From the NCBI RefSeq assembly GCF_009914755.1, contig NC_060942.1: 64,000 nt of DNA; one strand, 5' to 3'. Below, piece after piece: positions 25,842 through 38,255 of this stretch. Both the position numbers and the translations under genes were made by a program. This DNA comes from the human T2T-CHM13v2.0 reference genome, Homo sapiens. The notes under the pieces are model-generated. The model was given only the letters and a program-made list of their open reading frames with translations. It was not told the origin of the DNA and searched no databases. Numbering within the stretch: the first letter of the stretch is position 1; every line of letters begins with the position of its first letter.

Positions 25842-26371
25842 TGATTTATTCTCAACAAGGGGCACAGAGTGAGCCGTTAACGCACAATTTCTATTAACAA
25901 TAATGATAATTGTGTAAGTGAGTCTCCATTCATGCCTCTGGAAATTTACCCCTTACGGTCCACATAAATTTGAGCTGTTGACCATGTGAAATGTTATTTT
26001 ATGGGCAATAAGGGCACTCAGAAGCAGCTGCATGTTTTCCTAAACCTGGCCACCTACCAGTATATGTCTGCATAATTCTTCCATTTTTCTTCCTGGAATC
26101 CAAATATAGTATACACCTTGCTGGTAAGATATAGGCAATCCTATACTTCTCCATCTCCCTGCAGTGATCATGGAACAGCTGCATCTTTTGTTGTGAAATC
26201 AGACAGTGGCCTATAATTCCTCCTTTCCGGTGTTTTGATTAGAAATCTTCAAGCTAATGTAGATCAGTGAGCTCTATTTCTTTATTTCTGTACTTCAGGC
26301 AGTATTTGTAGGATAGTATTTGAAAATGAAGCCTCTCACCACAAACAGGTTCTTTTCTACCCACACTCAAC

Positions 26372-26483
26372 CCCAACACAAACACACAAACACACACACA
26401 GAAACATACACACACAAACACAAATACACACAAACACACACACAGACACACACACAGACACAAACACACACACAGACACACAC
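26372..26483. repeat. Degenerate CA-rich simple repeat
   Basis: cacaaacacacaaacacacacacagaaacatacacac... Confidence 0.9.
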
Positions 26484-26584
26484 GCTGGACAACTGCTGGG
26501 TAGAGTGTTAATCATATGGAATTTTGTCCTTTCTTTGAGTTATGTAAACACGGAACACTATACCATATAGTTTCTGAAATATAT

Positions 26585-27325
<741 letters not shown>

Positions 27326-27423
27326 CAAAAATATCTAAAAATGAAAGTATCACAAATAGGCAGCAGTCTGACTGTTTGCCAGCTCACTAAAGCATCACAT
27401 TCACAATGCCCCAGATTACCTAC

Positions 27424-27808
27424 TGCTCGGGTTTAAATGTGTCTTCCAAAGTTCATGTGTTGGAAACTTAATCCCTAATGAAACAGTGTTACGAGGTAGG
27501 GCCTAATGAGAGGTGTTTAGGTTGGACGAATGGATAAACGCCACTGTAAAGAGGGCATGCAGGAGTAGGTTTCCTCTCTTTTGCTCTCCTGCCACAGGAG
27601 GGCACAGTGTCCCTCCCCTCTGGAGGATACAGCATTCAAGGCACCATCTTGGAAGTGGGGGGCAGCCCTCATCAGCCAACCAAACCTGCCAGCACCTTGA
27701 TCTTGGACCCCCCCAGCTGCCAGAGGGGCGAGAAATAAATTTCAGTTGATTTCAAATTATCTACTCTTTGGTACTCTGTTATATAGCAGCACCAAATGGA
27801 ATAAGACA
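27424..27808 (+). mobile_element. MST/MLT1A-type MaLR solo LTR
   Basis: tgctcgggtttaaatgtgtcttccaaagttcatgtgttggaaacttaatccc...agcagcaccaaatggaataagaca; TSD cctac/tctac. Confidence 0.9.
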
Positions 27809-27964
27809 TCTACACAATTCAGGGTGATTCAACCCAAAGCGGAGGTCACCCACACGTAGCGCTTCACTTTGGCTGTGAAGACTCATTCAGCAGATGATTA
27901 GTAATCCACAGATACTAGTATTAATTATTAGTGTTTTGGTATTTCTTCTGTTTTTGTAAGTATG

Positions 27965-28082
27965 TGTAATCAGTGTCTCCCACCCCACAGTTTGTGACGT
28001 CCATGCAGGCAGGGGCCATGATTATTCACACACCATGTGTCTGGCCCATGGTAGGTCCTGTGTATGTGTTTTTGAGTGATGC
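27965..28082 (+). mobile_element. L2 3' end fragment
   Basis: tgtctcccaccccacagtttgtgacgtccatgcaggcagggg...tctggcccatggtaggtcc...ttgagtga. Confidence 0.55.
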
Positions 28083-29024
28083 AGGCATGGCCACTGTCAC
28101 CCATATCACTGTGTTCTGAAAGCCCAGGACCAAAGGGCAAGTTGATATTGGCCCTACCTCCCATTTCAACTGATTTCTTGGTGACATGAGTTTTCACACA
28201 TAAATGGAGTGTTGTTCATTTGCCTGTCCCTGTGCCTGCAAGTCTTCAAGCAATAAGTGAGTGTCCAACATGTGCTTGGGCTTGGGATCTTCACCTTAAA
28301 TAGAACGATTCCTCCATCACTCTCCCCTACAGCCTCTGTAGAGAGAGAGAAAGGCTGTTGGCTTTTGTACCTTCACTTAACTTTACATAAAGACTTCAGG
28401 GCTTCAAACTGAGTTTGGCTTAATTCCAGTTTAAGGTCTTTTATATTATTTGCTTGGTTTAATTCAATTTTTAGATTCTATCTTTAAAAAAAGAAGGAAA
28501 GAAAGAAAAGTAATCGACTTTTGCAAATTGATGCCCTTAGCTTCTGATTTTTGTTTCGGTCTGATATGATATTTTTGTTGTATTTGTCATAGATGTGAGG
28601 AAGTGAGATCTGGGGGTGAAGGTGGACATGCCACCATGCCACCCAGACCCACAGAGGGTGGTGCTTGGAGACCAAGACCTCCAGCATGTCCCTGCACACT
28701 AGCAGATGTCTTACTTTCTGATGATAACATTTCTTCCCACCCTGCTCTGTGGCCTAGAAACAGAAGGTCTTGTCCTTGGAGTTCTTGAAATAAAACAAAC
28801 AAACAAATTTAAGATGGAAGACAAGAGGCTGTTTCTCCTCACTTTTAGGGGTCAGGCCTTACCTATATTCAGTGGGAAAAAGGGCCTCCTCCCCTTCCTT
28901 CCCCTTCTCACCTCTCTTATGTCTGCCCAGCAAGGCCAGAGGAAGCCTCCAAGCCGGGGCCAGGGGGACACTGGGCATATCCAACAAGTTTACAAACTTT
29001 TTAAGGCAGGATTTTATTTACGTA

Positions 29025-29272
29025 TTCCTTTTTAAAAGCTGTATTGAGGCATAAATGAAACAGGAAAACAACTGCACGTATTTAATGTGTGCTTGGTAAG
29101 TCTGGACAGATTCGGACCTCCATGACACCATCACCAGTCTCGGTAACTGACACACCCACAGCCCCGGGTTCCCTGGAACTTTCCTTCCTCTTTCTCGCTC
29201 TCTCTTTTTTTCTGGTGGTAAGAACACTTCACATGAGATCAACCCTCTCCGTGTATGTTGAAGCACCTGATA
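29025..29272 (-). mobile_element. L1MA8/9-like terminal fragment
   Basis: aaagctgtattgaggcataa...ggtaagaacacttcacatgagatcaaccctc. Confidence 0.65.
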
Positions 29273-29639
29273 CCCGATTTTATCAGCCTCTGGTAGGCCC
29301 GCAAGCAGACTTCATTTTCTGAAATATGTTTTTGCAATAATTTGATTAATATTAGTAGAGAATAGAAGACTCTGTAGGGTTTATGGAGGGAAATAAATCT
29401 TCCAGCTCGCATCTTCCAGCTATTTGGTTACCCTGAGGAGGCAGCCCCTTAGAATCACCTAAAATAGGCTCCTAGCGATTCTTGTGACTTCCTTATTTCC
29501 TTAGCAGGCCAGAGATGCCTTCTACCTACTCACACGGACACCTTCCTGCGCCCGGCTGAGAACAGTTTTGGAGTAGGAGGCTGGTCCTCAGCAGTCCTGG
29601 TTTCTCATGAATGGGCTGATAAGCAAGTCATACATCACC

Positions 29640-29890
29640 ACGTCTACAGACAGCCTCCTGCATGCCCCACGCTGTGCTCAGCCACCGAGAGGCATGAACT
29701 CATTTAATTCCCTAAAGAGCCTTGGGAGCCAACTAATACTGTACAGCTCACTACAGATGAGGACAAAGCAGAGGCCCTCGGTTATTCTAGCCGGGGAAAG
29801 TGACTTCTCTGGGGTCTCACAGCCAGGATGTGGCATGGTCAGGTCACTTCTGATGCTGATTCCAGACCCACGCTCCTGACCCCTGAGCAC
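29640..29890 (-). mobile_element. MIR SINE
   Basis: aactcatttaattccct...tacagatgaggacaaagcagagg...gtgacttctctggggtctcacagc. Confidence 0.65.
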
Positions 29891-31373
29891 GTGATGTCCT
29901 TGACTAGAAGCCTTGACCTCTTTGGTTTTCCAGCTGCACATTCTAGGTTCATATCCAAAACTTCTGGAAAAAAGTGTTCCCCAGCAGGCTGAATGTCTGA
30001 TGTCACCTGCTCCCACGTGTCTTTGCCGATCCTGGACTGAGAGTGATTCCTTCCTAGCCGCCCTGCGTGTCATGTGACGCGCCTAAGGAAGGAATTATGC
30101 ACTAAGTGTGACTCTCTCTTCCACACACGAGGGAGCCTCCTGGCCTGGAGTATAGGTCCCAGAGTTGGGTACAGTGTCTCAGGAGCCAGTGACGAATTTG
30201 TAGATGGGGCAGAATGTGGCTAGCCATGGCAAGTTCATGAGCCACATTGGTCGGTCTGAGAGCCCTCTCCAGGGAAGGCCTTGAAAGCCACGCCAGAGGA
30301 CAGACTAGCGATGGCCCATCTCAAAGCCCTGCGTAGATGTGGGGCAATCAGGTTGAAACTAGAATTGAGGGCACGGAAGTGGCAGGAAGAATGGTCTCAC
30401 CCCTGTGACACAGGGTGCCATGGTCTCTGGAGTGGGGCCCTTAGCCGTGCTGGGGAGAGAATTAATGACCTCTACCCAGCCCTGGCCCCAAGTGCTTCCA
30501 CCATGAAGACTGTAGGAGCCACAGAGCAAATTGTATGGCAAATGCCAGCTGGTATCACCAGCGCCTGTGTGGACTGTGGCTTTGAAGTAATCCTTCTATT
30601 TTGACTGGAAAAAAATTTCATATTAATGTGACATCTTATATTCATGGTCTAGCTCCGCATTGAGCTTTAAGACTTAATTGAATTGGAGGTCTCTGAAGAA
30701 ATCGCCAATCGCAGAGTGTGAGCCCAATTATAGGGAAGTGATAGTTCCAGCGGACGGCAGCTGAAGTGCAGTGAAAACGTGGTCTGCCGCGTTCGGCGTG
30801 CATTTCACTCGGGGCGTGGGGTGACGATGGCGCGGGGCACAGATGTGCCACTTCTGTGCCTGTAATGCCGTTATTGATACACTCCGGTTGCCCTCTGACC
30901 TGTCCCATGCCTGTGTAATGAGAATGGGAGAATTTCTCATTATTTGGCTTAAGTTCAAACAAAATGCTCATATCTATTATTGGAACCGAGACCGATTTGG
31001 CTATATGACTCTCCGTGAGTGTGGAGACTTACTGGCTTGGTGTGAAGATAGCAGGTTTTTATGGATAATTTAAGTCCCACTCCCTGCCAGAACTCTCTAC
31101 AAACAAGTCCAAGTGGTATCAGCTCCACAAATCAGCTACAGACTACGCTGTGTTCTTCGATGTGATGTTCTATAAGTGGAACGGGGTCTTTTAGGGACTT
31201 TTCTGAAGTGCACCAAGTTAGTTCAGTATGAGGAACTGCGAGTCATTTTTCAAAGAGCCGGTAGGTGCTGCATCGGAGCCCTTTAGTGATTGATAGAGGC
31301 ATCACGTCTCCTCTAATTCTGCTGGAGTATTTCATTTTTGAGTTGGGTGTTGGACTAGTGCGTTATAAAGGTA

Positions 31374-31422
31374 TTCATCCATCCATCCACTCATCCATCC
31401 ATTTAGCCATCCTTCCATTCAT
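31374..31422. repeat. (TCCA)n degenerate simple repeat
   Basis: ttcatccatccatccactcatccatcc... Confidence 0.8.
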
Positions 31423-32226
31423 TATAATTAAATAATTGCATGGATATATGGGTAACAATCTGAGTGACAAATTTACCAAGGAGAGAGGCAAGCATTGCTG
31501 TCATGGGAACCAACAATAGGGAACTCTGTGAGGTTTCCCTGAAGAAGTGACAATTTAGCTGAGATTTTTAGGTTGAGAGGTAGATAACAAACCTCTTCCA
31601 ATATGTTTACTTTTCTTCCCTGACTCCACACTTGTCTGAATGCAATCGAAGGGTGGCCATTGTCTGAGGCACTGTCCCCAACCCTCAATGGCTCCTACTA
31701 ACAGCAAAGGCCACGTTCTGGGGCGCTGGGATCCTTCTGGCTCACCAGAAGGGCTGCACACAGCTCTGCTCCAGGTTCAGGAGAGGAGAGATGTGAACTC
31801 CAGGAGAGCCCTCTATCACACTGGGGACAGGAGTGGTGTGTCTGTGAGCCTGTGTGAGTGCATGTGTGCCTGTGGAGTGCAATGTTGATTTGCTCCATGT
31901 GCCTTCATTCTTATGACAGTGGCTACCATTTATTTAATTTACTTCCTATTCTTTCTGTTTTCATGGAATTCTTTCCCATTACTTCACTTAGTTAATTCCT
32001 TCTCACGCTTTAAGCCTGAGTTTAGGCACCAAATGCCTCTAGAAGACTTGCAAGCATGGTGAGAGACACAGCCTGGACGTCTAGCAGATCCCGTGCACCT
32101 GTCCAGGTCTCCTTAGGAGAAGGCATGGTGGCTCTCCAGTGCTGTGTGGGCTGGAGCCTGCTTCAGGTGCACTGTGAACATTTATTCCACCATGAATGCA
32201 TGATATGAGTTTGGCATAGGGAACAT

Positions 32227-32415
32227 GCTGGTCCATGCTCCCTCTGAAGCCTCTAGGGGAGGATTCCTCCCACCTCTTGCAGCTGCTGTGGCTTCCGGCA
32301 GTCCTCGGCCCTTTGGTTGGTGGACATATCACTCCACCCCGCCTCTGTCTTTGCATGGCGTTCTCCCTGTGTGTCCCTGTCTCTGTGTCTTCTCTACTAT
32401 AAGAACACTGGTCAT
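32227..32415 (-). mobile_element. Isolated MLT1B/C interior fragment, near-copy of 33018-33205
   Basis: Long shared identical runs such as ccacctcttgcagctgctgtggcttcc and ggttggtggacatatcactccaccccgcctctgtctttgcatg. Confidence 0.88.
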
Positions 32416-32779
32416 AATTCGGAGGGTGGCAGGGCTTTATTCTTGGGCTGCAGGGGCTGAGCATTCAGGTAGAGACGGTCCGGGGACCCCAACGCGGGAG
32501 ACAGCCGGGAGCCTGGCATGGCCAGAGAAGGTTTCTGTGTCTCATTTGCATGGTCCCTTCAGAGGCCCTGGGAGCACTGTCTTCATGTGGCTGTCTGATT
32601 TGTTTTGAACAATATTATATTTCTCTTAAAGAAGCTCTCCTAATAATATTAACATAGAAGGCCCCAAAACTCATCTTGGGCACTTGGCAGGGCTAATGGC
32701 TGAGTTGTTTGGTGATGGAGGTTCACAGACAAAGAGACACAGAATAACGAAGCAAAAACACAAAACCAGCTTTTGGAGA

Positions 32780-33550
32780 TCTGCTACCTTGCTAATTTCC
32801 TCCCTGCATTAGGCATGGCTGTGACTTGCTTTGGCCAATAGAATGTGTGAGGAATTATTGTGAGTTACTCCCAGGTAAAAGCCTTTGAGAGTGACTGCAT
32901 GATTTGATTAGTTTCCGGTGGCTGCCATAATGAAGTACCACAAACTAGGTGTCCTAACACAGCAGACACGTATTGTCTCACAGTTCTGGAGGCTTTAACT
33001 CTGGAGTCAAGGTGCCAGCTGGCCCATGCTCCCTCTAAAGCCTCTAGGGGAGGATCCCTTCCACCTCTTGCAGCTGCTGTGGCTTCCAGCAGTCCTCGGC
33101 CCTTCGGTTGGTGGACATATCACTCCACCCCGCCTCTGTCTTTGCATGTTCTCCCTGTGTGTCCGTGTCTCTGTGGCTTCTCTACTAATAAGGGCACTGG
33201 TCGTATTAGATGTAGGACCCACCCTCGTCCAGTACGACCTCATCTTAATTAGGTATCTGCGACAACCCCATTTCCAAATAAGGTCGCGCTCTGCTGCACT
33301 GGGAGTTAGTTCTTCAAGATATCTTCTGAAGGACACAATTTGACCTCTAACCATTATTTCCTGTTATTTATTTTCCCTTGCTACAATGACCAGGTCTGCC
33401 GGCCTGCGGCCCCGACTCAGGACAATGTGAGCAGAGCCCCAAGTTGAGCATGCAGCCTGAACAAGGACAAAATCTTAAAAAAAACTTTTAAGCCAGTGAG
33501 GTTTTTTGATTATTTATTAACAAGAAAACTTAGCCTGTCCTGACTGACAG
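32780..33550 (+). mobile_element. MLT1J-like LTR split by a younger MLT1
   Basis: gtgacttgctttggccaatagaatgtg...gcctttgagagt [insert] ...gagcagagcccc...ttttaagccagtgagg...cttagcctgtcctgactgaca. Confidence 0.7.
32905..33353 (-). mobile_element. MLT1B/C-like LTR nested in MLT1J
   Basis: ttagtttccggtggctgccataatgaagtaccacaaactagg...tctcacagttctggaggc...tttccaaataaggtc...ggacacaatttgacc. Confidence 0.85.
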
Positions 33551-34027
33551 ACCAATGTAAATCTTAATACTCCACTTTTGTATTTGTGTTGTTGTTTATA
33601 GCCTTGTAGAATATCTATTCACTCACTGCATGAATTCTGTTCCTCCCCCAGCACGTTTCAGGCGCAGCTCGATGTGGCCCTGTGATTGGATCTGGCCACC
33701 AGGATGTGAGAAGCAAAAATGTGAAATTTCTGGGTCATATCCTTGAAAAGAAACTGCTTGTCCTTCCCCTTCCCCCGCATCAGATGGGCTGGAGGGGCAG
33801 CCAGGTGGCACCCAACAGAGGGCAGCAGGGTGGGAATGACTGGGCAGGGCGGGGAAGGGTCCTGGCTCCAGGAGGACCTCTTGGAGAAACAGCCCTTCCT
33901 GCCCTGAGTTACCCACCAACCTTAGAAGGGAGGAAAGAGCAGTTCTCTCGCTCCAGCCATCACCATTGCACGTCTCCTTAATACAGCCGCGTGGATGGCG
34001 CCCAGGTGGGTGTGCATTCCCGTGTGA

Positions 34028-34499
<472 letters not shown>

Positions 34500-34779
34500 T
34501 AAGATGAGGATATTAACACTCCAACCTTTTCTTCCACATCCTGCTTTCTGTCAGCTGCAGTTTTACAAGGTTGTTAACATTTACATTATGTCCTACAACC
34601 ACAAACAAATTTGTTCAGGTGCATTCCCAAAGTTTAAAACGAAAAGGCTGTGTTTATGTGCTGTATAAATAGCGCTCAGCGAGGGCCAAGTCAAGTAGGT
34701 AGACGGCTTCTTGCTCTAAGCCCATTGAAACTAAGGTGAGTCCCGGATTCTTCTGTGGTGGCAGTACCCGAAAACCAAG

Positions 34780-35100
34780 TTCATTCACCCCTCACCTGAT
34801 GTGTGAAGTGCCTGTGGTGGACCTGCACTTTCTAGGGCCTGCATACACAAACGTGAACAAATCAGTCCCAGATCCTTGCCCTGGTGGAGTTTCTAGTCCA
34901 TCCTGGAGAGACAGGAATTAACCGAGGTGCACAGGGCATACAGGGGACCAGGGAAGCCAGCAAGGCGGCAGGCAGGCTGTGTGTGGGTGTCAAGGCCAGA
35001 CAGGGTTGCAGAAGAACCTCGCTGAGAGGATGATATTGGAGTAAAGGCCAGAAGGAGACAAGAGAACCCAAGCTGCAACACTCTGGGGAGGAGCATTGCA
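34780..35100 (-). mobile_element. L2 3' region
   Basis: ttcattcacc...tctagggcctgcatacacaaacgtgaacaaatcagtccc...tgccctggtggagtttctagtc...gagagacag. Confidence 0.6.
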
Positions 35101-36519
35101 CAGAGAGGGCCAATGAGTCCGGGGACAATGGTAGGCCGAAGTGTCCCCCCCACGGAGCCCAGCGAGGACTGGGGTCTCAGAGCTGCAGAGTGGGTGCTGG
35201 AAGGTCACCTGCAAGGTCACGGCTCTCTCCTCGCTGCAGAGGGAGGGTTGCAGCTGGGGGCACAGTGGCTGCCTGCGGAGCTGACCCACCCAGGGCGTGG
35301 TTCAGAGCTCAGTGCTGGTTAGGAATGGAGGGGACAGAAAGGACATCATCCCCTGTCAAGCCTGAGGGCAGCCGGAAAAACCCAGCTGAGCCAGAGGGGA
35401 GGAGGCTTCCGGACAGGTGGACAGAGACAAGGCTAGGAGTGAGGCGGAGAAGACCAGGTCTGCTGGTTCCTGAGAGAGGGTCCTGGTGGCCACTGTGGGG
35501 GACGGGTGGCCTGCCAAGCTTCCTGGGGTGGGAATTTGGGGCAGGGCCTTGAGGTGACTGCTGGGAACTGGGAGGGGCCTAGTCTGGCAGTGTGAGGAGG
35601 GTGGCTGCCTGGGGGGCACTGGCAAGGGTCCCCTGAGCGTACCCCGTGGGAGTGGCCTGGAGTCCCCAGGAAGCGCTTCAAGGCTGTCGGTGCCGGGCTC
35701 GTCCTCAGTCCAACTCCCAGACTCCCTTCTCCATGCATGAAGGCACAGTCGGGTCACTCACCTCGACATGCTACCACCAAGGACATGTGAGCCAGGCGTA
35801 CAGTGAGCCTGGCCTACAGTGAGACGGGCACACACATTCACTGTGGCTTCTTTGAGAGGAGGACAGGGCATGTGCCTGGGGCCTGCCCTGCACCCACGGC
35901 TAGTCCAGCCTGACCCGGACTGGCTGGCGTTTGCTCCCAGCTGTATTTAGTCTGGTTTCTCCTTTTATGTTATACTGATTCAATGAAATATGTTGTAAAT
36001 GCGTTATATATAAGTGTGGAAAATAAGCATTGCTTCCACTAAATTTAGGTTTACTCCTTTGAAAGACTGACAATAGCAGGTTGCTAAAAACTGTATTGCT
36101 GCCAAACTAGGTGTGAGAAAACAGCTGACAAAATTATTAAATCTGGAAGAATCCCACTTGTCACCTCTTCCCACCCCATCTTCCTTTTTATTCTGCTCTT
36201 CTGTACTTTCTTCCCCTTAGGGCCGCGGGCCAGGAGACCCCCGCCATGTGGCCTCGTCTGCCTTCCTGACCTGAAATCCCCCTCTCCTCCTCCCACTGTT
36301 CTGAGCTCTGGGCGTTGGTCCTGAGGCTGTCTCAGCAGGATGGAGGTGACAGCGGGAAAAGGTGAAGAGAGCCGCCGTGGCATCAGTGGACCTGGGTTCC
36401 CATGCCAGCCATGTCTGTTACATGGCAATCTCCCCAGCACTTCTGAGCCTCAGGGAATTATCAGAAACATTGGTGTGATAATAATTCACCTTTCAGGGCG
36501 GGAGAGAGGACAACAGCAG

Positions 36520-36710
36520 CGTTAGTCAGGAAAGCTGTGGCTTTGGAGGCCGACTCTCCTTTGAATCCTGGAGCTTCCTCCTTTTGGCTGTGTGACTTTG
36601 ACAAGACACTCACCCAGTGCGTTTTCATTTCCTCAAGAGCAAAATATTTGAGACAACATCACGTCCATGAAACACTTTGCACTGTGTGTGACACACGTAA
36701 ATGCTGGTGG
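36520..36710 (+). mobile_element. MIR fragment
   Basis: ggctttggaggccgactctcctttgaatcctggagc...gctgtgtgactttgacaagacact. Confidence 0.65.
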
Positions 36711-37899
36711 TACCAGTGTGGTCATATTTACACATGGAAGAAAGGCCGGAAGGAAAATTCCAGATACTGTGGTGGTGTTATGGCAAGTTTCACTTAATTG
36801 CTTTAACAATGATGCTCACCATAAATGTATACAAACTCTATTTTTCAATTAAAAAAAGATGTGAATAAAATTTTTCCCAAATTTTATATAATGAATAAAT
36901 GAATATATGTATGTATATATAAAACATTACTTTGAAACACAAGGAAAAATGTTATAAAATAACAACAGCAACCAGCCGTGCCTGCACATCCATCCCACAA
37001 AGCTTACCTGAGCCCTCCCTTTCCTCTAAAACCTTTGCTTATTATTAATGCAGTGATAAAGTGGTGAGGTATGTAGGAATTTACTTTTTTTTCCAACCTA
37101 AAAAATGATTAAGTTAGGCACATTTGTAAGCTGCAAAATATTAGATTGAAAATTAAACAGAATGTTTACAATACTTAAGTGGCCACGCTGCGTTAGAAAG
37201 AAGTTTGGCAAGAAGACATTTCTGTTCATAAAAAGGCTTCCAGATACCTCATACTGGCCTAATCGACTCTCCCTGGATGGGATCACTATTCAAATCTGCC
37301 AGAAACATCAGCAGACTCTTTCTAGAGCTATTCATTTTGTAAATGGGAAGTTAGTTCTGTCTAAAAATATGCAAAATACATTAGAAGGTAATTGCAAGAC
37401 ATTCAGGATTTGAGAAACTTGCTTTGATGACTTTTAATGGCAAAATGTACTATCATCCATTGGGCATGAGTTTATTTTGTTAGTAATGTTAATTGTTCAA
37501 ACAGCCTTAAATGGCTTAAAAAACCTGGCAAACACTTGTCTAATACCTCGAAGCAGATGGACAAATTTCTAATTAAATCTAAATTTATTCTTGATCTCTA
37601 ACTTCCTTCAGTAAAAGACAAGGATCTTAGTGCACTTTGACTTTGCCGTGAACCCCTCCCGCTCAGCCTCCCCCTCTTGCTGCTTGGAGAGCAGTACTTC
37701 CCAAACTCTCCAAGGGGGAGGATCGACCTCATTACTTTTTACACATGTCCCAATCGGATTGGGAATAGCACTGATTTAGAACTTCTGCTTCAGCATTTTA
37801 AAAGTCCACAAACTTTAGTCTTTTCATTAGTTTCTTCTTTTTAAAAATTTATTTAAAAATTAGCAGTTAGATTTATCAACTTTTTTTTTCTTTTACTGA

Positions 37900-38255
37900 T
37901 TTCTTGGCTTGCTGTTATACTATACTCTCCCCTTTCCTTCTGGGTTTACTTTCCTTCTTGCTAAGCACATATTTTTGGTAGTTTTTTCTTCCCTCCAAGG
38001 GAGGGTTCTTAGTTAGTAAATTCTCAGTTTTCATAAGCCTGGAAATTTCTTTATTCTATCTTTATTATCAAGTGATCCTGTGTCTGGATACAGAATTGTA
38101 AATTGATAGTGTATTTTCTTCAACATTCCAATGATATTACTTCATCGTGTGCTGGCATCTTTTATATCTGATTTGAAATCTGCCATCACTCTAATTGCAT
38201 GTAATCTTTCTTTCTAGTAATGTGTAAGATTTTCTCTTTATTCTTGATGTTTGGT
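37900..38255 (-). mobile_element. Old L1/HAL1 ORF1-region fragment, antisense
   Basis: gtaaattctcagttttc...ctggatacagaattgtaaattgatag...gattttctctttattcttgatgtt. Confidence 0.55.
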
